From Chiloscyllium plagiosum (lineage: Eukaryota), in NCBI RefSeq assembly GCF_004010195.1, contig NW_025213793.1, positions 1-32,635 of the forward strand: a stretch of DNA of 32,635 nucleotides, in the 5' to 3' direction. Both the position numbers and the translations under genes were made by a program. This document shows positions 1-11,462 of this stretch, piece after piece (the stretch's first letter is position 1; each line of letters opens with the position of its first letter). Under the pieces are notes generated by a model that saw nothing but the letters and a program-made list of their open reading frames with translations, did not search any database and was not told the origin of the DNA.

Positions 1-582
1 GGCTGGCTGATTGGCTGGGCTGGATGACTGATTGGCTGGCTGATTAATTGGCTGGCTGGCTGATTTGGCTGGCTGGCTGATTTGGCTGATTAATTGACTG
101 GCTGATTAATTGACTGGCTGATTAATTGACTGGCTGATTAATTGGCTGGCTGGTTGATTAACTGGCTGGCTGGTTGGTTAACTGGCTGGCTGGTTGGTTA
201 ATTGGCTGGCTGGTTGGTTAATTGGCTGGCTGGTTGGTTAATTGGCTGGCTGGCTGATTGGCTAGCTGACTGGATGACTGGCTGATTGACTGGCTGGTTG
301 ATTGACTGGCTGACTGGCTGGTTGATTGATTGATTGACTGGTTGATTTGGCTGGCTGGCTTATTGGCTGGCTGACTGACTGGCTGATTGATTGGCTGGCA
401 GGCTGGCTGGCAGACTGGCTAGCAGACTGGATGATTGACTGGCTGACTGACTCTGGCTGATTGGCTGGTTGATTGACTGGATTGTTTGATTGACTGACTG
501 GTTGGTTGATTGATTGACTGGTTGATTGATTGACTGGTTGATTGGCTGGCTACTGATTGGCGGGCTGACTGGATGATTGGTT
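1..582. repeat. Degenerate tetranucleotide low-complexity repeat (GGCT/GACT/GATT/GGTT mosaic)
   Basis: Mosaic of related 4-mers with local higher-order 16-20 bp units; grades into the perfect array that follows. Confidence 0.9.
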
Positions 583-3500
583 GACTGGATGATTGGGTGG
601 CTGACTGACTGGATGATTGGGTGGCTGACTGACTGGATGATTGGGTGGCTGACTGACTGGATGATTGGGTGGCTGACTGACTGGATGATTGGGTGGCTGA
701 CTGACTGGATGATTGGGTGGCTGACTGACTGGATGATTGGGTGGCTGACTGACTGGATGATTGGGTGGCTGACTGACTGGATGATTGGGTGGCTGACTGA
801 CTGGATGATTGGGTGGCTGACTGACTGGATGATTGGGTGGCTGACTGACTGGATGATTGGGTGGCTGACTGACTGGATGATTGGGTGGCTGACTGACTGG
901 ATGATTGGGTGGCTGACTGACTGGATGATTGGGTGGCTGACTGACTGGATGATTGGGTGGCTGACTGACTGGATGATTGGGTGGCTGACTGACTGGATGA
1001 TTGGGTGGCTGACTGACTGGATGATTGGGTGGCTGACTGACTGGATGATTGGGTGGCTGACTGACTGGATGATTGGGTGGCTGACTGACTGGATGATTGG
1101 GTGGCTGACTGACTGGATGATTGGGTGGCTGACTGACTGGATGATTGGGTGGCTGACTGACTGGATGATTGGGTGGCTGACTGACTGGATGATTGGGTGG
1201 CTGACTGACTGGATGATTGGGTGGCTGACTGACTGGATGATTGGGTGGCTGACTGACTGGATGATTGGGTGGCTGACTGACTGGATGATTGGGTGGCTGA
1301 CTGACTGGATGATTGGGTGGCTGACTGACTGGATGATTGGGTGGCTGACTGACTGGATGATTGGGTGGCTGACTGACTGGATGATTGGGTGGCTGACTGA
1401 CTGGATGATTGGGTGGCTGACTGACTGGATGATTGGGTGGCTGACTGACTGGATGATTGGGTGGCTGACTGACTGGATGATTGGGTGGCTGACTGACTGG
1501 ATGATTGGGTGGCTGACTGACTGGATGATTGGGTGGCTGACTGACTGGATGATTGGGTGGCTGACTGACTGGATGATTGGGTGGCTGACTGACTGGATGA
1601 TTGGGTGGCTGACTGACTGGATGATTGGGTGGCTGACTGACTGGATGATTGGGTGGCTGACTGACTGGATGATTGGGTGGCTGACTGACTGGATGATTGG
1701 GTGGCTGACTGACTGGATGATTGGGTGGCTGACTGACTGGATGATTGGGTGGCTGACTGACTGGATGATTGGGTGGCTGACTGACTGGATGATTGGGTGG
1801 CTGACTGACTGGATGATTGGGTGGCTGACTGACTGGATGATTGGGTGGCTGACTGACTGGATGATTGGGTGGCTGACTGACTGGATGATTGGGTGGCTGA
1901 CTGACTGGATGATTGGGTGGCTGACTGACTGGATGATTGGGTGGCTGACTGACTGGATGATTGGGTGGCTGACTGACTGGATGATTGGGTGGCTGACTGA
2001 CTGGATGATTGGGTGGCTGACTGACTGGATGATTGGGTGGCTGACTGACTGGATGATTGGGTGGCTGACTGACTGGATGATTGGGTGGCTGACTGACTGG
2101 ATGATTGGGTGGCTGACTGACTGGATGATTGGGTGGCTGACTGACTGGATGATTGGGTGGCTGACTGACTGGATGATTGGGTGGCTGACTGACTGGATGA
2201 TTGGGTGGCTGACTGACTGGATGATTGGGTGGCTGACTGACTGGATGATTGGGTGGCTGACTGACTGGATGATTGGGTGGCTGACTGACTGGATGATTGG
2301 GTGGCTGACTGACTGGATGATTGGGTGGCTGACTGACTGGATGATTGGGTGGCTGACTGACTGGATGATTGGGTGGCTGACTGACTGGATGATTGGGTGG
2401 CTGACTGACTGGATGATTGGGTGGCTGACTGACTGGATGATTGGGTGGCTGACTGACTGGATGATTGGGTGGCTGACTGACTGGATGATTGGGTGGCTGA
2501 CTGACTGGATGATTGGGTGGCTGACTGACTGGATGATTGGGTGGCTGACTGACTGGATGATTGGGTGGCTGACTGACTGGATGATTGGGTGGCTGACTGA
2601 CTGGATGATTGGGTGGCTGACTGACTGGATGATTGGGTGGCTGACTGACTGGATGATTGGGTGGCTGACTGACTGGATGATTGGGTGGCTGACTGACTGG
2701 ATGATTGGGTGGCTGACTGACTGGATGATTGGGTGGCTGACTGACTGGATGATTGGGTGGCTGACTGACTGGATGATTGGGTGGCTGACTGACTGGATGA
2801 TTGGGTGGCTGACTGACTGGATGATTGGGTGGCTGACTGACTGGATGATTGGGTGGCTGACTGACTGGATGATTGGGTGGCTGACTGACTGGATGATTGG
2901 GTGGCTGACTGACTGGATGATTGGGTGGCTGACTGACTGGATGATTGGGTGGCTGACTGACTGGATGATTGGGTGGCTGACTGACTGGATGATTGGGTGG
3001 CTGACTGACTGGATGATTGGGTGGCTGACTGACTGGATGATTGGGTGGCTGACTGACTGGATGATTGGGTGGCTGACTGACTGGATGATTGGGTGGCTGA
3101 CTGACTGGATGATTGGGTGGCTGACTGACTGGATGATTGGGTGGCTGACTGACTGGATGATTGGGTGGCTGACTGACTGGATGATTGGGTGGCTGACTGA
3201 CTGGATGATTGGGTGGCTGACTGACTGGATGATTGGGTGGCTGACTGACTGGATGATTGGGTGGCTGACTGACTGGATGATTGGGTGGCTGACTGACTGG
3301 ATGATTGGGTGGCTGACTGACTGGATGATTGGGTGGCTGACTGACTGGATGATTGGGTGGCTGACTGACTGGATGATTGGGTGGCTGACTGACTGGATGA
3401 TTGGGTGGCTGACTGACTGGATGATTGGGTGGCTGACTGACTGGATGATTGGGTGGCTGACTGACTGGATGATTGGGTGGCTGACTGACTGGATGATTGG

Positions 3501-4950
3501 GTGGCTGACTGACTGGATGATTGGGTGGCTGACTGACTGGATGATTGGGTGGCTGACTGACTGGATGATTGGGTGGCTGACTGACTGGATGATTGGGTGG
3601 CTGACTGACTGGATGATTGGGTGGCTGACTGACTGGATGATTGGGTGGCTGACTGACTGGATGATTGGGTGGCTGACTGACTGGATGATTGGGTGGCTGA
3701 CTGACTGGATGATTGGGTGGCTGACTGACTGGATGATTGGGTGGCTGACTGACTGGATGATTGGGTGGCTGACTGACTGGATGATTGGGTGGCTGACTGA
3801 CTGGATGATTGGGTGGCTGACTGACTGGATGATTGGGTGGCTGACTGACTGGATGATTGGGTGGCTGACTGACTGGATGATTGGGTGGCTGACTGACTGG
3901 ATGATTGGGTGGCTGACTGACTGGATGATTGGGTGGCTGACTGACTGGATGATTGGGTGGCTGACTGACTGGATGATTGGGTGGCTGACTGACTGGATGA
4001 TTGGGTGGCTGACTGACTGGATGATTGGGTGGCTGACTGACTGGATGATTGGGTGGCTGACTGACTGGATGATTGGGTGGCTGACTGACTGGATGATTGG
4101 GTGGCTGACTGACTGGATGATTGGGTGGCTGACTGACTGGATGATTGGGTGGCTGACTGACTGGATGATTGGGTGGCTGACTGACTGGATGATTGGGTGG
4201 CTGACTGACTGGATGATTGGGTGGCTGACTGACTGGATGATTGGGTGGCTGACTGACTGGATGATTGGGTGGCTGACTGACTGGATGATTGGGTGGCTGA
4301 CTGACTGGATGATTGGGTGGCTGACTGACTGGATGATTGGGTGGCTGACTGACTGGATGATTGGGTGGCTGACTGACTGGATGATTGGGTGGCTGACTGA
4401 CTGGATGATTGGGTGGCTGACTGACTGGATGATTGGGTGGCTGACTGACTGGATGATTGGGTGGCTGACTGACTGGATGATTGGGTGGCTGACTGACTGG
4501 ATGATTGGGTGGCTGACTGACTGGATGATTGGGTGGCTGACTGACTGGATGATTGGGTGGCTGACTGACTGGATGATTGGGTGGCTGACTGACTGGATGA
4601 TTGGGTGGCTGACTGACTGGATGATTGGGTGGCTGACTGACTGGATGATTGGGTGGCTGACTGACTGGATGATTGGGTGGCTGACTGACTGGATGATTGG
4701 GTGGCTGACTGACTGGATGATTGGGTGGCTGACTGACTGGATGATTGGGTGGCTGACTGACTGGATGATTGGGTGGCTGACTGACTGGATGATTGGGTGG
4801 CTGACTGACTGGATGATTGGGTGGCTGACTGACTGGATGATTGGGTGGCTGACTGACTGGATGATTGGGTGGCTGACTGACTGGATGATTGGGTGGCTGA
4901 CTGACTGGATGATTGGGTGGCTGACTGACTGGATGATTGGGTGGCTGACT
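583..4950. repeat. Homogeneous 24-bp tandem array (GACTGGATGATTGGGTGGCTGACT)n, about 182 copies
   Basis: Lines repeat with 120-bp periodicity and no visible variant; 4368 bp / 24 = 182 units; produces the spurious (WMIGWLTD)n ORF. Confidence 0.98.
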
Positions 4951-5410
4951 GTTCAGATGAGACTTACTCGGGTGTTCCTTGGTATGGAAGGACGGTCTTA
5001 CGAGGAAAGGCGGGGGGAGCTGTTATTGTTGGCGAGAGGAAGGATGAAAGGTGATGTAATCGAGACGTAAAAGATAGTCAGAGTGTTAGATAGGGCGGAC
5101 AGTGACAGTCTTTTTCCTCGGATGGCTAAAGCTCATACGAAGGGACGCAGCTTTAAACTGAGTGGTGATAGATTGAGGACAGATTTCAGGGGTAGTTTCT
5201 TTACTCAGAGAGTAGTAGGGGCGTGGGACGGCCTGCCTGCAACAGTAGCAGACTCGCTGACATTAAGGGTACTTAAACGGGCATTGGACATGTACATGAA
5301 TAATAATGGAATGCTGTAGGTTAAAGCACATCCGATTAATTTCACAAACCAGTGCAACATCGAGGGCTGAAGGTCCTTTACAGCGCTGTACAGTTATATG
5401 TTCTGTGTTT
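4951..5410 (+). mobile_element. CR1-clade LINE, 5'-truncated 3' fragment (ORF2 C-terminus plus 3' UTR)
   Basis: Translates to VQMRLTRVFLGMEGRSYEER...KGDVIET*KIVRVLDRADSDSLFPR...SFFTQRVVGAWDGLP, the typical CR1 ORF2 tail; ends in a short tgttctgtgtt-type tail. Confidence 0.88.
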
Positions 5411-5419
5411 GAAGGGTGG

Positions 5420-5900
5420 TGTGGAATTTTCACTTGGGAAAAGTGGAGAAGTTTCTGAGCACGCCACCCATCTCCCATTCATGGAAGGTGGCATCAAAAT
5501 AACAGTTGCAATAAAGATAGTGAAACAGCGAAAATGGAATGACGTCCTTGCTGAAAGTTGGGTTTGTGAATGCATAGTCAAGGTAACTGGGTGTTGATGG
5601 GATTGTACTGGAAAACAATGACTAGCCTGTACCCTGAAATCGAAACAAAGATGTCGAGGATTGGAAGAGAGCAGTTAAAGATGGATCACGTGTGGAAGAG
5701 AGTAGGATATAAATTGGCAGCGAAATTGATAAACTTCTCCAAATCCAAACTAGAGGGAGATGCAGCACCGATAATGTCATCGATGGAGCAGTGGCATATT
5801 TGTGTGGAGGGGATTGTGTAAAACTGGAACAAGGAATGTTCCACGTAGCCCAGAAAGGGGCAGGCATGTTGGCACTCATGACCACACCTTCACAATGAAG
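5420..5900 (-). mobile_element. Penelope-like element, decayed reverse transcriptase fragment
   Basis: Minus-strand reading CSIDDIIGAASPSSLDLEKFINFAANLYPTLFHT*SIFNCSLPILDIFVSISG resembles the PLE RT RYIDD...LPFLD block; element may extend to about 6200. Confidence 0.75.
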
Positions 5901-6274
5901 ATGCGGACAGCCTTAAGACCATCCGATGGGGGGCTGGACGTACAGAAGGTGATGAGGTAGTTGCTGCAGGCAAAACTGAAATTCTGAATCTTCACGAAAG
6001 CTTTTGAAGAATCATGGATCAAACTGTTAAGGGAATGGACAGGGAGAGAAACATGACAGTTAAGATAGCAAGAAATGTGTTCCATCCAAAGGAACACGCA
6101 GACATGATGGGTCAGTTGAAGCATAAACTTTGTGAACTTTGGGAAGAATTTAGAAACGGCCTTTATGGGGTTGAGGTTCTGTCACCCTGGAGGCTGTGTG
6201 AGGAAACGGGGAGATACACAGGCAACAAGAGATAAGTGCTTATAGTGCACAAATACAAACATCTCCACGTTCTT

Positions 6275-6375
6275 AATCAGTTCTGAGGAAATGTCAGTTG
6301 ACCCAAGTGTTGATTCCGTTTCTACACAGATGCTGAAAAATCTGCTGAGTTTCTTCAGAAATTGCAGTCTTTTGT
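6275..6375 (+). repeat. Penelope-associated terminal repeat fragment with degenerate hammerhead core
   Basis: CTGAGGA (6283-6289), gtca-gt-tgac hairpin, decayed GAAAC, then cagatgctg...ctgctgagtttcttcag; similar layout to copies at 23816 and 30552. Confidence 0.55.
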
Positions 6376-7321
6376 CTCAGTACAGACTGACTGAATCCAG
6401 AAGGTTATATCACTGCACCCTCTAGGTAGTTCTATTATGTGTACAGTTGGGATTTTCAAATGTTCTTTATTGATTCTGAAAACAGATAAACATATCTGTA
6501 CAATCCAGAACTCCAACACTCCCAGAATCACGGCAAACGACACTAAACACACGTAAATATCACATTACAAGCAAAACTGCTCTCTACATGAAAATGTATC
6601 AAAGGAAGGGACTTCAGCATCAAAATTGCCTTCTCACTCGTTGTCTGTTATACGAAAAACAAGAACATGTTAACACGAGAAATACAAAGAATAAATGAAG
6701 TGGTTTGGATTTACCCCGTGAATACATGCAGTGACCAGGGTTCATCAGACATAAATGGTTCCTCAACAGGAACTATGCAGCTCAGTCACGTTTCAAAAGA
6801 ACAAAGTGACTATACTTATACTCATCCCAACAAAGAAAATTATCTTTGACACTTACATATATCTTGGAATTTGCCTCCTGTTGTGGAACGGCAGTTTGAA
6901 CACCTTGAATCGCACACGAATCCTTCGATCTGAATAATTATGAGAAATGAACTGAGCATTGGCATTAACGATTCTCAATTTGAACGGACATCAACCAGAA
7001 GTTGAATTGCTGACTGCTGCTTTTGAGTGGTGGTCTGGTTTATTTGTCCTCGTGATTTATGCAGTAGAAAACAATGTGAGGTACTACATTTTATGAGGCC
7101 AGCATTTTGAGGTGAACGTCTGCATCCAGTTCGATGTGAGTTTTGAAGAACTAGAAAACAAGTTAGATGGGAAGTTCACAGGATTCATCCATCCTAATGG
7201 AAAATGCTGTTTATTTCATGTTAACACATTAAAATGTCCTTCCTCCTGTATACCTGCCCTCTGTCTGTCTGTCTGTAACTCTGTTTGTTCCCCTGCTCAC
7301 AATTCTCCGTCTGTCTCCCTC

Positions 7322-7363
7322 TGGTTCTTGGATCCTCTCTCTCGTTCTTGGATCCTCTCTCTC

Positions 7364-7401
<38 letters not shown>

Positions 7402-7402
7402 C
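7322..7402. repeat. (CT)n microsatellite with duplicated gttcttggatcctctctct unit
   Basis: Directly visible. Confidence 0.85.
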
Positions 7403-8334
7403 ATTCACTACAAGCTCTCCGACACTGTCCTTCAGTCTGTACGGGTTGGTAATGTAGCTGCATCTTTCTGTTCCTCGCCCTACCTGAGTTAGAATCGTTT
7501 CACCACTCACCCACCCCAATCTCCCCAAATTGAAAGGTAACGGTTTTGTAAGATCAAGTACCTTTCTCAGTGGGAGGACATCTTCCTGGGGACTGGGAGC
7601 TTGCTGTGCAGTAAGGCACTCAGATAGAAGGCCAGTCATTTTCTGGCCATATTTCCAGTGCCCTCCAGGTCCTGAGGGAGTCATGCAGGAATTAGGAGTG
7701 GTGAAGCTGCACAGAATTGAGGGTGCTTATTAGAAATTGAGGCTTCAAATATTTTAAGAGTTCAAAGTGGATGTTGGTGGAATATCAGGGTGGTGAATAA
7801 TTAAAGGGGCGTAAAACGTTATGGGTGGAAATATTTCATGGGCGATGAAACTGGAGGTTTAGAATTGGGATGGAGTGCAATCATTGGTTGCAATATTTAG
7901 GGGATGAAAATAAGGAAACATAATATTTGATGAGACAATATTTGGAAAGACGTGCATTTGTGTGGAGGAGTGAATATCTGATAGGGTGCACTATTGCTTT
8001 GGATAGCACAAACTTTGAAGGGGGCAAAATTGAGGACATACCTCTGGGTGCAAAGAGATGGGCAAATGCGGAACTCAGTGAATTTTCTTGGGCTAATATC
8101 TGAAAGGCTTAAAATAGAAGAAGGGAGGGATGTGCCATGAAGGGATATATGGGGACTGAAAATTAGATAACACAGTTTGTTTGAGTGCATGTTTGAGGGT
8201 CGGGGAATTTGAGGTGAACAATCATATTTAAGGGAGGAGTATTGTGGGACTATATTTTCGTGGGGTGTATTTGTGGGAAACAATTGCGGCAATTCTGGAT
8301 GGAGCCAAATATTTTGGGGTTTGGTGTTGAAATA

Positions 8335-8770
8335 AAAAAAAGAGAGAAACAGTGAAAACAGAGAGATAGAGAAAATAATGGGAGTAGGCAGACAGAGAAA
8401 GGAGAATGCTGGCAAAGAGAGAGAGAAACATGGAGACAAAGAGAGAAGGGGAGACAAAAAGAGAAAAAGAGGGAGGGGATAAAGAAAGAAGGAGTGGGCA
8501 AAGGGAGAGGGAGGGCGGGAACAAAGACAGAGAGGTTGCCAGGAAGTGGAAGAATGAAAGAGCGACTCAAGAGACAAAGACGAGAGAAAGAGTGAGAATG
8601 AGACAAAAAGAGAGGGAGACCGAGAAAGAGAGAGAGAGTACAAAACAGAAGCAAGTGAAGAGACATTGACAGAACGAGACAGAAAAAATGAGAAAAAGAA
8701 AGAGAGAGGAGAAGAGAACAAGAGACAGACAGAGAGAAGAAGAACAGAGAGATCAGTCAGAGAGACAGTA
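8335..8770. repeat. GA-rich low-complexity tract (decayed microsatellite)
   Basis: Almost purely purine on the + strand; generates several spurious F/S/L-rich ORFs on the minus strand. Confidence 0.85.
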
Positions 8771-9396
8771 GTTCAGGAAAGGCACGATGTCTGAAGAGGC
8801 GCTATTCAATTTTCCTAAGGGTCTGAGCTCTCTCTCTCCCTCTCTCTCTCTCTCTCGGTGCTTTCACACAATCCAACTCCCCCGTGAATGACAGAAATTT
8901 CTCCTGTGGTTTGGCTCACCCTGGAACTGTTTCAGTGAAGGGGGTGGGATAAAGTTGTATCCTGGATTTGAGATTCCAGCCGTACCTGCACGGCCTCTCT
9001 CACACACAGAGACTCAGAGACGGAAACAACCAGAATACTTCTGATACTCAGTGCTTCGCTCCATCCTCACGTCAAAATGAAGTACAGCTACCAAGGCCTG
9101 GTTTATAAACACTCAGGTATGTCGCTCCAAGTATTATCTCCTCCTAAATCGCAATTCATCTGGTCAATTCTCAGTTTTTTCTATCTGGAACACACTTCCT
9201 CGATGTACGGAGCAAACCAAGAGGCTTCTATGTGACAGAGTTCAACAATGGTAGGGAGTTGCCAGTTCTCTATGTTCATGTCTTTTCTAGTTTGGTTTCG
9301 TTTTAGCAAAGGCAGTTATGAGATTCTGCAGTCGAGAGGATGCCTTCAAGCATCAGCAAATGGTTCCTGTATGGTCTCTGAAATCTCTCCTGCTTG

Positions 9397-9769
9397 TGTC
9401 GTGCAAATTAAAATGAGTCGACTCAAATGCTAGCAAAGAAAAAGAAAAAGTTTAATCGGATTCTGCAGAATCGACGCAAAACATTTGCCGAAATGCATCA
9501 TTTAAGGGGTGCCTGAATAGCTTTCACATATTCCCTTTATACTAAACTTCGCTTACTCTTAACACATCTGGGAACATTCGAGCTCCTTTCCACACATTGA
9601 GTTGTTTTTCTCACTCCTTGACTGTTGATAAGATAGTTGACTGTCCTTCTGAGACGACTGTGAGTCTGGTTTAACTTTTACATTTTTCCTGTCATTGATT
9701 TTCTGCCTTCCTGCAAAACTTTGCAAAGTATTCTTTCTCAGATTTCAAATAAATGTTAATTGCCATTAA
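9397..9769 (-). repeat. ERV 3' LTR (~370 bp)
   Basis: Follows the PPT directly; minus-strand TATAAA (9541-9536) and ATTAAA (9456-9451) in U3-R order; 9397-9432 matches 20419-20454 at 30/36 by eye and 9700-9769 resembles 20456-20554. Confidence 0.72.
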
Positions 9770-9770
9770 G

Positions 9771-9786
9771 TTTCCCCTCTTTTTTT
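9771..9786 (-). promoter_or_regulatory. Polypurine tract
   Basis: Minus strand AAAAAAAGAGGGGAAA between env and the 3' LTR. Confidence 0.8.
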
Positions 9787-10030
9787 ATCACTTTATGACA
9801 ACAACGACAGAAACAAAAAAAATGTGCAGAGCCAGACGGCTATAGATTACATTGCTGAGGGAGCACCAGGCATTTCCTCAGAAACTACCGATCTGTAACA
9901 CAGCTTTGTGGTAGTATCATCACTTGCTCTGGTGTGCCCTGTACATTGCCCATTTTCACACGTCACACACTTCAACGTCAAAGTATGATGGAGTCCTCAC
10001 ACTCCAATCTTTCTGCTGTGGGGCCACTGA

Positions 10031-11403
10031 TCATTTTACCATTTGGTATCCCAATGCACTCATAAGCAAATGGTATAGGTACTTACACAAGCCGAATCCT
10101 TTACAAAGCACAATGATTATGACCATTCCTATAACTTGTAGAACGTTTAGGATCCAATGCCCCTATTCTCCCCAAACGGAGGTGATCCATCGGAACGAGG
10201 AGTCATCTGCTGGGGGAGGCGGTCGTATCGCCGCCTTCATATGATTTATTACACGAGTGTTATTCTGGGACTCATCAGGAATATTAAAACAGCACGAGGT
10301 ACCTAACATTTTGCATATGCCCGCCATTATAGTCTGATTAGTGACGAAGGAATACGTAATGTTGATGATCATACCATTCACTTTGGTTGCTGAGCAAAAG
10401 TCATTGTTCAAGTACTGCGTCATAGTACACTGGGAGATGCCCAAATGTAGTTTCCCCTGATTTGTGCAAATACAGCTTTCTCCCCTGCCTTCGACTGTTT
10501 GAAAAGCTGTGGTCGGAAGCGTGTCAGCCTTGAGACTGCAGTTAGGCTTGAGTTCGGGTGGTGCCGCGAGATTTGCCGTTATTGCTCCCCCTATCAGTGT
10601 CACGGTGGTGGCCGCCCTCAGAAGCAGGCAGCGAGCATTTCTCGCCAGGTTCTCTGTGATTGGTTCGGCAGTCTACCGTTGGGTTATGTGCAAGCATATT
10701 CAACAAGTGTGGCCGACATCTAATCTCTGGTATTGTATTAGGGAAAAAACACATGCTCTGTTCTCTTCACATCGAGCAATGGCCCTCCGCACTTCGCAAT
10801 CTATTGGCGTAGCCTTTACAACATTTATCTTCTGAGGGGTCAATTCCACAACCGCGTTAGACTCGCTATTATGCCTCGGTCAACACCCTCCGGGTTCGTG
10901 TAAGACATTAATGCCCTCCACCCGTCTTGGATTCAGGTCCATGATTAGGTTTGATAGGTTGACATGCCCTAGTGCAACTATCTTCTGTAGGACCTTCTGC
11001 ACTGCATCTCGGGGAGGCGACTGTATCACTATATTCACCTATCTATAGGTGTCGGAGAAGGCTCTATGCCAGATGCCCTCATCGCTCTTCTGAGTCTTGG
11101 ATATTGCCGCCCGTGCTCTGGCAACTACAATCTTGATTATACAATATCTATTTCCAGTGTGAGGTGTCCCTTTGGCCGTGGTGGCTACTTCTAAGTGCCA
11201 GTCACCGGAGCCACAAGTATCCCTTCGTAAATATTTATTATCCATTTATAGTCCTGGTGTCTAAACGGCCATGTGTCACATGTGAAGGTCCCCTTAGTTC
11301 CCTCAGTTAAGATTCCTCTGTGCGGCTGCATCACGGATGTCCTTACCCTTATGAATAGTCTTACCAGGGCGCTTGCTAAAAGTTTGAGCTGGGGCATCCC
11401 CAT
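10031..11403 (-). pseudogene. env: ERV envelope (gamma-type), decayed and internally deleted
   Basis: Hydrophobic start MGMPQLKLLASALV; SU isomerase motif C*IC (CWIC with TGG>TGA, 10705-10694); TM motif GICKMLGTSCC = CX6CC (10315-10289); Trp-rich FRWITSVWGE*G, then after a frameshift the membrane anchor WILNVLQVIGMVIIIVLC. Start codon is inferred. Confidence 0.85.
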
Positions 11404-11462
11404 AATTGTATGAGGCTTCTGTTCACTACTTGCACTTAATTGGTTATGGTGCTGTCCCACGT

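Noticed and set aside
583..4950. CRISPR array or telomeric repeat
   Set aside because: No spacers, eukaryotic context, and the unit is not TTAGGG-based.
577..5070. 1497-aa ORF (WMIGWLTD)n fused to a CR1 tail
   Set aside because: By-product of a stop-free frame in a 24-bp repeat; non-ATG start, no synonymous variation, chance in-frame junction with a LINE fragment.
7897..8721. 274-aa hydrophobic ORF and overlapping ORFs
   Set aside because: Translation of GA/CT low-complexity sequence.
9390..9397. Target-site duplication around the provirus
   Set aside because: Flanks (gcttg versus caact/actgt) do not match at the inferred boundaries.
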